Shown in pieces: positions 53,201-63,100 of a stretch of 64,000 bases of DNA. This stretch comes from Kofleriaceae bacterium (GTDB lineage Bacteria > Myxococcota_A > Polyangia > Haliangiales > Haliangiaceae), in NCBI GenBank assembly GCA_965215005.1, contig CBDCCZ010000003.1, positions 256,001 to 320,000 of the forward strand. The letters are read 5' to 3'. The first letter of the stretch is position 1. The number at the start of each line of letters is the position of its first letter. The translations under genes and the position numbers were made by a program. The notes under the pieces are model-generated. The model was not told the DNA's origin. It did not search any database and saw only the letters and a list, made by a program, of their open reading frames with translations.

Positions 53201-54560
53201 GATGACGGCGCAGCTCGACCGCATGATGCGCGTCGCCGCTGAGATCATGCCAGGCAAGCGAGCGGTGGCCCTCGAGAATGTCCGCGCCTTCCGCTGGTGT
53301 GCCGTGGCACCCGCGCTCGAGGTCGAGGTCCGCGCGCAGCGGAAAGACCAAGACCGCGTCGAGGTGCGCATCGGCGACTATGCGCTCGGCACCGTGGTCA
53401 TGGCCGAGCGTTACCCACAGCCGCCAGCTCCAAGTCAGCGCCTCATCGCCGGTGCCGCGCCGTCTCCCGTGGACGCCGTCGCGCTCTATCGCGACCGCTG
53501 GATGTTTCACGGCCCGAAGTATCACGGTGTCAGCCACATCCAATCTCTCGGCAGCGATGGCATTCGCGGCACCTTGATCACCAAGCCAGCGCCAGGTCAG
53601 CTCCTTGATAACGCCGGTCAGCTAATGGGGTTTTGGCTGATGATGAGCGTCAAGCTCGACCGCCTGGCGTTTCCGATGCGCATCGAGCGCATGGAGTTTT
53701 ACGGCGAGCATCCAGCGCCCGGCGCGGAGCTCCAGTGCACGGTGTGGATCCGGGACGTCGCGCCGGTCGAAGTCAAAGCCGACATGGAGCTCATCGACGC
53801 TAGCGGCCAGCTCTGGTGCCGGGTGAGCGGCTGGGTCGATCGCCGTTTCGACTCCGACGCCGTGTTGTGGCCAGTGCTGCTGTTTCCCGAGCAGAACCTG
53901 GCCGCCGAGCCGCAGCCAGGGGGCTACGTGCGCTGTCGCGAGCGCTGGACGTCGGCAGCGTCGCGCGAGCTCATCGCCCGTCGCTTCCTCGATAGCCATG
54001 AGCGCGAGCAATGGAATCAGCTCGGTCCTCGCCGCCGGCGCGGCTGGCTGCTCGGTCGCATCGCCATCAAAGACGCCGTGCGCAACTTCTTGCGCGAGCG
54101 CGATGGCCGCGACCGTTTCCCCATCGAGGTCGCCGTTCGCGCCGCTTCCTCCGGCCGGCCGCGTATCGAGATCTACGGCGAGTCCGCCGACGATCTTCGC
54201 GTCTCGGTGGCGCACAAGCCCGACATCGCGGTTGCCATCGTAGGCGAGGGCCGCGACGTCGGTATCGATATCGAGACCATCGAAGCGCGCGGCGACGGCT
54301 TCGCCAGCTTGGCATTTCACGACCACGAACGAGAGCTCGCCCGCGGCGCCGACGAGGCCGAGTGGCAAACCCGGCTGTGGGCGGCCAAAGAAGCGGCCGC
54401 CAAAGCCGCAGGAACCGGCTTGGAAGGCAATCCGCGCCGGTTCCGCGTCCGCGAGCGCGCAGGCCATCACCTGCAGATCGAAGGCCCCGACGGCGTGCTG
54501 CGGTGGATCGCCACCGAGCGCGACGGCGACTACATCATCGCGTGGACCACGGAGCTATGA
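50214..54560 (+). CDS. Type I PKS: KS, AT, DH-like region, C-terminal 4'-phosphopantetheinyl transferase
   Basis: KS DAACASS/HGTAT/GHAM; AT GHSVG/GFHS; DH-like LLDHCF...VVP and MFHGP; PPTase GIDIE...WAAKEAAAKA. Confidence 0.92.
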   Translation: MPDDASSSVAIVGMAAVFPGAATLDAFWSNIVAGVDAIGEVPASRWDPAFYDPSASGIDRFYCKRGGFIDDYATFDAVDFGVMPAAAEGAEPDQLLCLRAAAAALADAGCPRPASERTGIIMGRGGYLTPGMARLDQHVRTAEQLAVSLRGLIPGLTEAQLDEVKREFRAQLGAVGPDSAIGLVPNLAASRVANRLDLRGPAYTVDAACASSLVAIDQACSELRTGRCDLMLAGGVHLCHDVTFWSVFNQLGALSRSQRIRPFDRDADGLLIGEGVGIIVLKRLVDAERAGDRIWAVIRGTGVASDGRASTLMSPRVEGQVLALQRAWADARLSPQTVGLIEAHGTATPAGDAAELRTLRQVFGDEGAPVALGSVKSMIGHAMPAAGIAGVIKAALALHHQVLPPTLHCEAPHPLLQGARLRTSAAAAPWHERRRAAINAFGFGGINAHLVLDAVDEAPRRARRTGGRSVHRSTPALALYAADDLPSLDAMLAEQRPAGRDGRCRVALLDPSPERRERARQLVARERPWNGRKDIWLSPDALALRGGKLAFVFPGLEATFDPRVDDLAARFGIDVPPVRGATELERHGTALVSVSRVLDLALARLGVRPDVIAGHSVGEWAGMIAADMIPQNRIEQFLDTIAPGGLEVPDVAFLAVGAGADRVREVIAELPAVAISHDNCPHQSILCGPDADIAEASTRLRAARILSQLLPFRSGFHSKSFAPHLAGPRANIEALPLGPPRVPVYSATTCAPYPTELPAVRALMIDHLVESVRFRQLTQRLHRDGVRLFVQVGGGSLVSFIEDTLRDEPHRAVAASDSKRSGLEQLRRLGAALWVEGVDVDFECLPGALLRGERAARKSAPMRLALGAPLVRSARPLEGLSGSGSQGAAHASFQGLSPAVARELQTTLGQLHAVSTEISQALQRRPTAAPSAAAPIAAAPIAASHSVAAPSAAVASAARIWKVPLSVVEYPELLDHCFYRQPAGWSSIEDRFPVVPMTAQLDRMMRVAAEIMPGKRAVALENVRAFRWCAVAPALEVEVRAQRKDQDRVEVRIGDYALGTVVMAERYPQPPAPSQRLIAGAAPSPVDAVALYRDRWMFHGPKYHGVSHIQSLGSDGIRGTLITKPAPGQLLDNAGQLMGFWLMMSVKLDRLAFPMRIERMEFYGEHPAPGAELQCTVWIRDVAPVEVKADMELIDASGQLWCRVSGWVDRRFDSDAVLWPVLLFPEQNLAAEPQPGGYVRCRERWTSAASRELIARRFLDSHEREQWNQLGPRRRRGWLLGRIAIKDAVRNFLRERDGRDRFPIEVAVRAASSGRPRIEIYGESADDLRVSVAHKPDIAVAIVGEGRDVGIDIETIEARGDGFASLAFHDHERELARGADEAEWQTRLWAAKEAAAKAAGTGLEGNPRRFRVRERAGHHLQIEGPDGVLRWIATERDGDYIIAWTTEL

Positions 54561-54847
54561 GACCAAACGAAGTACTGCAAACCGTTAGCAAGCTCATCGA
54601 AGAGGTCGTTGGAGATGACCTGAGCCTCGATGAGCCCATCACCATGGAAACCTCGTTCAACGACGACCTCGAGCTCGAGAGCATCGAATTCGTCGCGCTG
54701 GCCGAAGCGCTGCAAAACACCTACGGCGCGCAGATCGATTTCGTTGGCTGGTTGTCGACCAAAGAGCTCGACCAGATCATCGAGCTCACCGTCGGCGAGC
54801 TGGTGGAGTTCATCGTCACGTGTCATTCGTCAGCGCCCGCGGCCTAA
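54557..54847 (+). CDS. Stand-alone acyl carrier protein
   Basis: SFNDDLELESIEFVALAE...LTVGELVEFI; ATGA overlap with the PKS stop. Confidence 0.9.
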   Translation: MRPNEVLQTVSKLIEEVVGDDLSLDEPITMETSFNDDLELESIEFVALAEALQNTYGAQIDFVGWLSTKELDQIIELTVGELVEFIVTCHSSAPAA

Positions 54848-55602
54848 CCTTTCACGTGCAGCGCCTCGGCCACGGCCCGCCGGTGGTGATGCTGCATGGG
54901 CTGCTCGTCGGCAGCTTGGCGTCTTGGTACTTCACTACCGCTCCGGCGCTGTCCAAGACGCATGAGGTGCTGCTCTACGATCTGCGAGGTCACGGCAAGA
55001 GCGAGCGCACGTCGCGAGGCTACGACCTGGCGACCATGGCAGGCGATCTCGAGGCGCTGACCGCCGAGCTCGGGCCGATGACCCTCGTCGGCCACAGCTA
55101 CGGCGCATTGATCGCGCTCCGCTTTGCCCTCGAGCACCCGCAGCGGGTGCACCGGCTGGTGCTGGTCGAGGCGCCGCTGCCGCCGTCTCGCTACGACCAA
55201 TTCCGCGAATTTCTCGGCCGCGGCCCCGAGCAGATGATCGCCGCGCTGCCGGCGCCGCTGCAGGCGATGGTCGCCAGTGGCAAGCGGCAGGCCCGGCGCC
55301 TGGTCGACGCGCTCGGCTTTCTGGTGCTAACCAGCAGCCTTCCCGCCGACGTCGAAGCCGAGGCCGACGTCCCCGATGCCGAGCTGCGTGCTCTCTCATG
55401 CCCGGTGCATTGCATCTACGGGGAGGCCTCCGCGTGCCTAGAGGCGGGGCAGCGAATTGCGGCGATCGTCCCCCGCGCCACTCTCGATGTCCTACCCGGC
55501 GGCCATTTTCTGCACGCCGACTGCGCCGCACTTCTCACGGAAACCATCGTCCGCCGAACCGCGGCGACTTCTTCTCCGGCGCAGGAGCACCTTCATGGCT
55601 GA
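54820..55602 (+). CDS. Alpha/beta hydrolase (thioesterase-like)
   Basis: MLHG, YDLRGHGKS, GHSYG and GGHFL motifs. Confidence 0.9.
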   Translation: MSFVSARGLTFHVQRLGHGPPVVMLHGLLVGSLASWYFTTAPALSKTHEVLLYDLRGHGKSERTSRGYDLATMAGDLEALTAELGPMTLVGHSYGALIALRFALEHPQRVHRLVLVEAPLPPSRYDQFREFLGRGPEQMIAALPAPLQAMVASGKRQARRLVDALGFLVLTSSLPADVEAEADVPDAELRALSCPVHCIYGEASACLEAGQRIAAIVPRATLDVLPGGHFLHADCAALLTETIVRRTAATSSPAQEHLHG

Positions 55603-56381
55603 AATTCTGGCCAACGGCATCCGCCATCACGTTCAGCGAATAGGGCCCGGTGGCGGCGTTCCGGTGATCTTCCTCCACGGACTGGTCATGGACAACTTGT
55701 CGAGCTGGTACTTCACCGCCGCCAGCAAGGTTGCCAGTGACGCGCCCGTGGTGCTCTACGACCTGCGAGGCCACGGCAAGAGTGAGCGCCCCGCCGCCGG
55801 CTACGATCTCGATACCTTGCTCGCCGACCTGCACGCGCTCATCGATGCTCTCGACGCCGATCGCGTCGAGCTCGTCGGCAACAGCTTTGGCGGCTTGTTG
55901 GCCCTAGCGTTTGCCGCCGCTCATCCGAGCCGCGTCGCGCGCATCGCGCTTGTCGATGCCCACGCGCCCTTGCCCGGTTGGGGAACAGCCATGGCCGAAA
56001 CGCTGGCGCTCGACGGCGACGCTGCCGACGCCACCATCGCCCGCGAGTTTCAAAGCTGGCTCGGCCGCCACAGCGAACGCAAATCCAACCGCCTTGCCCG
56101 CGCCGCACACGCCTTGGTGCACCAGACCAGCCTCATTGGCGATATGCGTGGGTCCCGTGGCCTCTCCGATGACGAGCTGGCCAGCATCGCGTGCCCAGTG
56201 CTTGCGATGTACGGCCGCAACTCCGACGTGCTCCATCACGGCGAGCGCCTGGCGCGGCTGCTACCGCACTGCGAGCTGCGCATCCTCGAAGGCTGCAGCC
56301 ATTCGGTGCTTTGGGAGGCCACGGAAGCTGTATGCGCCGCCCTCACCGCGTGGTCGACCTCATGGCGGCGACGCTATCTGA
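55595..56381 (+). CDS. Alpha/beta hydrolase, paralog of the upstream gene (3' end affected by a probable +1 indel)
   Basis: FLHG, YDLRGHGKS, GNSFG, CSHS; removing one G at 56367-56368 gives stop TGA at 56379-56381. Confidence 0.8.
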
Positions 56382-57526
56382 TCGTGGTACCGCCGCTCAC
56401 CGGCCACATCAATCCAACCACGTCGGTCGCCGCCGCACTCACTCGCCGCGGCCATCGGTGCGCCTGGGTGGGCCACCGCACCGCCTTGCAAAGTCGTTTG
56501 CCGAAAACTGCGCGCTGCTTCTTTCTCGACGATCACGTGCCGGCCGAAATTCTGGCTGAGAAGAGCGAACGCGCCAACAGAGCGCGCGGCGCGGCGCGCC
56601 TCAAGTTCTTGTGGGAAGAGTTTTTCGTGCCCCTCGCGCGCGGCATGGTGCCCGGCGTCGAACGCGCGGTCGATGACTTTGCGCCGCATTTGCTGATCGT
56701 CGACCAACAGGCGTTCGCCGGCGCCATCGTCGCGCGCCGGCGTCAGCTGCCGTGGGCGAGCTTGGCCACCACCGGCGCCGACCTCGCCGACCCGCTCGCG
56801 GAGCTGCCCAAGGTCAAGGCGTGGCGCGATGAACAGATGGTTGCGCTAGCCAGTGAGCATGACGTCGACTGCGACGCCGATGGGCTGTATCTGTCGCCCC
56901 ACTGCGTCATCGCCTTCACGACTGCCGAGCTGCTCGGCGACGCATCGCTGCCGCCGCAGGTTGCGCTCGTCGGGCCGGCGATTGCGGCGCGGGCCGACGC
57001 CGCCGAGTTCCCGTGGGATAGTCTCGAGCCCGTTCCACGGATCTTGGTGAGCCTTGGTACCGTCAACCGCCGAGCTCGGCGCCCGCTTCTTCGCCGAAGT
57101 CGCCGCCGCCGCGCAGCAGTTGCCGGTGCAATTGATTTTCGTCGCCGCTGCTGATGCCGTCGCGGCGCCCCCTGCGAACGCGATCATCGAGCCGTGGGTG
57201 CCGCAGCTCGCGCTCCTGCCTCACGTTCACGCCGTCATTTGTCACGCCGGTCAAAACACCGTCGCGGAGGCGCTCGCCCATGGGCCTGCCGCTGATCCTC
57301 GCGCCCATCAAAGATGATCAGCCGATCATCGCCGACCAAGTCGTCCGCGCCGGCGCCGGCATTTCGCGTCAAGTTCGGTCGCGTTCGCGCGAGCGCTCTC
57401 GCCGCTGCCATCGGTGAGCTGTTCGAAAACCCGTCCTATCGGCGCGCAGCCGGCGAAATCGCCCGCTCGATGGCCACTGCGGGCGGCGCCAAGCGCGCTG
57501 CCGAGCTCTTGGAGGCACTGTCGTGA
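56362..57526 (+). CDS. GT1/MGT-family glycosyltransferase, broken by four +1 indels (likely sequencing error)
   Basis: VVPPLTGHINP, VSLGT, WVPQLALL..V...ICHAGQNT..EAL.HG and DQP motifs spread over three frames. Confidence 0.82.
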
Positions 57527-59330
57527 GCTGGATTCTTGGCATTCTCGCTGTCCTTCTAGTCATCGATGGGCTGCGCCTGCGCGGCAAGCTCGTCTCCCTG
57601 CGCCCGTTGCCGCCAAGTGATGGCACCGCCGGCACCCTCGAGCTGGCGCGCCTGCTTCGCGTGGAGGTCGCGCCCGATACTCGCGCGGCCGCCGCTTCCT
57701 ACATGGAACGCGAAGGCCTCGAGGTTCTCGACTTGATCCCCGAGCGACTGCCCGCGCTCGCCGCGATGGCGTTGGCGGCGACCCACCGAGCTACCGGCGT
57801 ATCGCCGCGGACCGGCTGCATCCTGGCCGCACCGCGGGCCACGCTATCGCCTTTTCAAGCAATGTCGGCCGCCGCGCCGGCGTGAGCGATGGCCCCGTCG
57901 AAGATGGGGTGGCGTTGATTCGGGTAGCCAAGCGGCTCAAGCAGTATGCCTCCACCAGCAGCGACTTTGCCGTGGTCTCGCGGGCTCGGAGTGGTCGCAG
58001 AAGACCCCGCGCGAGCGCCACGAGCTGCTCCGCGAGGTCGCCACCGGCGGTGCCATCTTCGTGCTGGTGCTGCAGATCGTCGTGTTCCTGCTGATCGCGG
58101 TGGGAGTTGCGGTACCGGCATGGCGGCCCTTCGGCTCTCGCCGCGCTGCTCGCGTTTCATGTGCAACCGCTCATCGCGCTCGTGGGCACCGCGCTCAAGC
58201 CCCGCGAACTTGCTGCTGTTTAGCCTGCTGCGCTTGCCCATCGAGCTCGTGGTTTGGGTGCGCGCCGTCACCAGCCGGCGCCCCGCTCGCGATCTCGCCG
58301 AAGCGGAAGCCAAGCGCGCCGATTACCGCGCGCTGCTCGCCGTGGCCCCCGAGCGCCGCTTCGAGCCGCGCCGCGATGACTGCCCGATATGCCACGAAAG
58401 CGACCTGCGCGAGCACCTGCGCTCGCGCGACATGCATCAACACAAGCCGGGCGTGTTCACACTCGAAGAATGCACCAGCTGTGGCCACGTGTTTCAGAAT
58501 CCGCGGCTGTCGATCGAAGGGGCTCAACTTCTACTACAAAGACTTTTACGATGGCATTGGCGAGCGCAGCGTCGACGCCGCGTTCGCCGCCGGCGGCAAG
58601 TCGTATCGCGACCGGGTGCAGATGGTGGCATCGCGCGCCGAGCCCAGCCGCTGGCTCGATGTTGGCTGCGGTCACGGACATTTTTGCAGCATCGCGCGCG
58701 ACGTGCTTCCCGGCACTCGCTTCGAAGGCCTAGACATGTCGCAAAGCGTCGAGGAAGCTGCGCGCCGGCGGTGGATCGACCACGGCTATCGCGGCTTGTT
58801 TCCCGAGCTCGCCCCGGAGCTTGCCGAGCAATACGACGTGGTGAGCATGCACCACTACCTCGAGCACACGCTCGATCCCACCGTCGAGCTCGATGCCGCT
58901 GCCATTGCGCTGCGCAGCGGTGGCCACCTGCTCATCGAGCTGCCCGACCCGCAGTCGTTCTTGCGTCACCTGGGTCGCTTCTGGATGCCGTACTTTCAGC
59001 CGCAGCATCTCCATTTGTTGTCGGTCCCCAACCTCGTGCGCTTGCTCAGTGAGCGCGGCTTTACGGCCATCGAGCTGCACCGCGCTGAGGCCCACCAGCC
59101 AATCGACTTTCTGATCGCGGCGATCCTACTGGTGGTCGCATCGCATCGCTCCCGCCGCCGGCCGGCCTTGGCTTCCCCCGGCCCGTTGGTACCATCACGC
59201 CTGGCGCGGCTCTGTGTGGCTGCTGGGCGCTCCGCTCGTTCTCCTAGCCGCGATCGTCGATAGGCTCGCGGCACCGCTGTTTGCGCGCACCGCTTCCAAC
59301 ACCTACCGCGTGCTGGCGCAAAAGAGCTGA
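57523..59330 (+). CDS. Membrane-associated class I SAM-dependent methyltransferase with Zn-ribbon, multiply frameshifted
   Basis: N-terminal hydrophobic segments, CPIC...CTSCGHVFQNPRL, WLDVGCGHG, YDVVSMHHYLEH, PQHLH; ends ASNTYRVLAQKS at TGA 59328-59330. Confidence 0.75.
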
Positions 59331-59415
59331 CTGAGCACAATCGCTGCTCGCAACACGAAGCGCAGCGGTTCAGCCATCGTTCGATAGCGCGCGATGCCCG
59401 TGGTATTGAATCGAC

Positions 59416-59648
59416 ATGCGCTGCCGCCAACTCGTAGCCGCCGGTGTCGCCCCTGTGCCGGGGGGCCCTTCTGACCATGTCAATCGCGGCCGTCCTCGGA
59501 TGCGGCCCCGACACTCCTTCCCCTGTGCCCCCCGTGCCTCCAGAGGTCGATCCCGAGAATCCCGACGACGTGCCGCCCCCCCGAAGTGCCGGACCCGGAT
59601 GACGATCAAACCGATCCCGTGGTTCCTCCCCAGGTCGGGGCCAAATAA
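59416..59648 (+). CDS. Small Pro/Asp-rich putative lipoprotein (frameshifted in homopolymer runs)
   Basis: Reconstructed ...MSIAAVLGC-GPDTPSPVPPVPPEVDPENPDDVPPPEVPDPDDDQTDPVVPPQVGAK; needs one C removed from the C7 run at 59576-59582. Confidence 0.45.
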
Positions 59649-60144
59649 CCGGCTCCGTCGTGCTCAGCGCCGCGGCATTCTGCCGAGCCACACCGAACGA
59701 GCCAGCTTTCCGGCTCGCGCTTCACTGGCTAGTCCACTAGCCATCTTCGCTGCACGATCGAAGCTCCCGCTCAGGAACCGCGACAAGCCAGCACGCCAGC
59801 CTCGCGCCGCGCACCCTCAAACAGTACGCGCAATCGCATGATTCCCTGGCGATGCAACGAGGCGTCGAATGCCAGCAATTTTTATGTAGCTGGCGTTAAC
59901 AGCACCCTGCCCGCAGCAAGCCGGCTACCAGCCGCATCTTGCCCAATATTGCCAGCACGAGCGCAGCCGGACACACCTTAGGGCTCGAAGCGTTCGCTCG
60001 CGTACGGTCGCTCGCGCCGGTCTAACAAAACCTTTGTTCGCAGCGATGTGCACCGGCTTCACTCCTTGCCGGATTTTGCACGGCGGTTGCACCTGCCGCC
60101 GCCCGCACACGTTTAGGTCACCCTAACAAAAGGAGTTTCATCAC

Positions 60145-63100
60145 ATGAGAGCATTCTCGGAGAAGACGCGGTCGTGGTTGCTAGCGTCTTCACTCCTCGC
60201 GGTCGGTTTCATCACCGGGCTGCGCCACTGACTCGAGCGAGCCGCCGCAAGCGGGCACCGCAACGGCACCGTCGATCCAACATTCTTGGCTCGACCAAAA
60301 GCCGTCCACACCCCCGGGTAGCCGCGCAACGGTCACCTATCCGAGCAAGCGTGCGGCCTCGCCGGCCTTACGCGACCTCGCCACGGTCCCGCAAACGGGC
60401 CGCGCCGGCGAGCTGCCACTGGGCCGGCTCAACACGCCGTCCCCACGACGCAGCGTGCTGCCGTTCGCTGACGACCCCGTTCTGCAAGACGGCCCCGTTC
60501 CGCAAGCACCGGGCCCGCAGCTGTCGTTCGAAGGGCTCGGCAATGCCGACAATCAAGCGGTGCTTGGCTTCACCCTGTTCCCGCCCGACACCGTCGGTGA
60601 CGTGGGCCCCAACCACTATGTTCAGTGGATCAACCTGGTGCTCGCCGTTTGGGACAAATCAGGCAACCTGCTCTACGGTCCCGTCGCCGGCAACACCCTC
60701 TGGCAAGGCTTCGGCGGCCCCTGCGAGACCAACAACGACGGCGACGTGTTGGTGGTTTACGACCAGCTTGCCGACCGCTGGGTGCTCAGCCAGTTCGCGC
60801 TCGCTGCCGATGGCCATCAATGCATCGCGGTGTCGCAAACGCCCGATCCCCTCGGCGCCTACCATCTATATGACTATGTCGTCTCGCCGGGCGGTCTCAA
60901 CGACTATCCCAAGATCGGCGTCTGGCCCGATGGCTATTACGTCACCATCAACGAGTTCGTGGGCTTTGGCTTCAACGGCTCGGCTGCGCTGGCGTTCGAT
61001 CGTGAATCGATGCTGCAGGGCTTGCCGGCGGCAATGGTTCGCTTTGAGCTGAATGACCCAGCTGGCCAAGATCAGTTCTTTGCGCTGCAGCCGGCGCATA
61101 TGGAAGGCCGCACCCCGCCACCGCCGGGAACGCCCAACTTCATCGTGCAGGCGTTCGACGATGAGGTTGCCTCGGCCAATCCCGATGCCACCCAGGACTC
61201 CTACAAGATCTGGGCGTTCTCGCCAGACTGGACCGATCCGGGCGCTTCGACGTTCACCGGTCCGGTCACTGTTCCCACGGCCGAGTTCGCCACCGGCCTC
61301 TGCGAGTCCAATCGCGAGGAGTGCGTGCCCCAGCCGGATACCGATCAACAGCTGGAAGCGCTCAGCCAGTTCACCATGTATCGACTGGTCTATCGCAACT
61401 TCGGCGATCACGACGCGCTCGTCGGCAATCACACGGTTGCCGTCGACGATGGCGGCCGCGCTGGCGTTCGCTGGGTAGAGATGCGTGACCTCACGACCAT
61501 GCCCGTGGTGCACAACACCGGCACCTTCGCCCCCGATGACGGCAACTACCGCTGGATGGGCTCGGCCAACATGGATGCTTCCGGTAACCTCGCCGTTGGC
61601 TATTCCGTCTCCGGCCCCGATACCTTCCCCTCGATTCGGTACGCCGCGCGCCTCGCCGACGACCCGCCGGGCGTTCTCGGTTTTGGTGAGGGCGAGCTGC
61701 ATACCGGCACCGCATCACAAACCGCCGCCGGCCGCTGGGGCGACTACTCCGCGCTGAGCATCGACGAGACCGATGACTGCACCTTTTGGTACACCACGGA
61801 GTACTTCTCGGCCGAAGATCCGACCAACTGGCGGACCCGCATCGCGACCTTCTCGCTGCCTACCTGCAACGCGTCGGGCATCGGTCGCATCACCGGCACC
61901 GTCGTCGATCAAGACGGCGCTCCGATTGCCGGCGCCACGATTCGCGCCGGTGCGTTCACCACGGTCACCGCCGACGATGGCACCTATCGCTTGACCGTCG
62001 TCGAAGGCACCTATGACGTCACCGCCAGCAAGTTCGGCTACGGCGTTGCCACGATCAGCGATGTCGAAGTCGTTGACGGGCAGGAAGTCGTCGTCGACTT
62101 CACCCTCGAAGAGGCTGAGACGGTCGCGGTCCGCGGCTTCGTCTATGACGGAGGCGCCGCCGGATGGCCGCTTTACGCCGAAGTGCTGTTCACGGCGCAA
62201 GGCTCGCAGCCGATCAAGATCTTCACCGATCCGGAAACCGGCTACTACAGCGCCGAGCTGTACGCTGGCGCCGAGTACACCGTCCGCGTCACCTCGCTGG
62301 TGCCGGGCTATGTAGCGGAGACGCGCCCCATCGTCCCGGGTCCGGGCGACACCACCGCCAACTTCGCACTCGAGGTCAACCTCGGCACCTGCGAGGCGCC
62401 GGGCTATGAGCTCGAAATCGAGCCTCTGCTCAGCGAAAACTTCGATGGCGGCATCCCCGTCGATTGGTCCACCGAAGAAGAGAGCGTCGGCTGCACCAAC
62501 GGCAATCCCGGCTGGAACACTGTCGATCCCGCCGCGCGTGGCAATCTAACCGGCGGCGAGGGATTGTTTGCCATCGCCGATAGCGATGCTTGCGGCCCCG
62601 GCTCGACCATGGACGCCCGGCTCATCAGCGAGCCGCTCGACCTCTCGGAGTTCGGCGCAAATCAGGGCCTGCAGATCGAGTTCAATCAGGACTTCTTCAG
62701 CTTGCCCGGCAGCACCGCAATGGTCGATGTATGGAACGGCACCGAGTGGGTGACAATCGACACGCAGACGCAGGATGCCCGTGGTCCCGCAACCCGCACC
62801 GTCGGCACCTCCGCGGCCAATGGTCAAGCCGAAGCCAAGTTCCGCTTCCGCTTCACGACCAACGGCTGGCATTGGTGGTGGCAGGTCGACGACGTCAACG
62901 TCGAGCGCACCAGCTGCGAGTTCACCCGCGGCGGTCTCGTGTTCGGCAACGTCTACGACGAAAACACCAGCGAAGCAGTCAACGGAGCCACCGTGTCGGT
63001 TCTGGGTGGCGACACCGTCGTGACCACGGCGACCCCCGACGACGCTAACATCGACGATGGCTTCTACATCACCTTCGCCTCGGGCGCCTCGACGATCACC

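Noticed and set aside
55457..57154. Apparent hydrolase-glycosyltransferase fusion (565-aa ORF in the track)
   Set aside because: Removing one G at 56367-56368 yields a hydrolase ending SWRDAI-stop and an overlapping GT starting MARRYLIVVPP; the site begins an indel-rich zone, so the fusion is probably an artefact.
60084..60099. TTGCACGGCGGTTGCA as a sigma54 promoter
   Set aside because: Lacks the invariant GG at -24.
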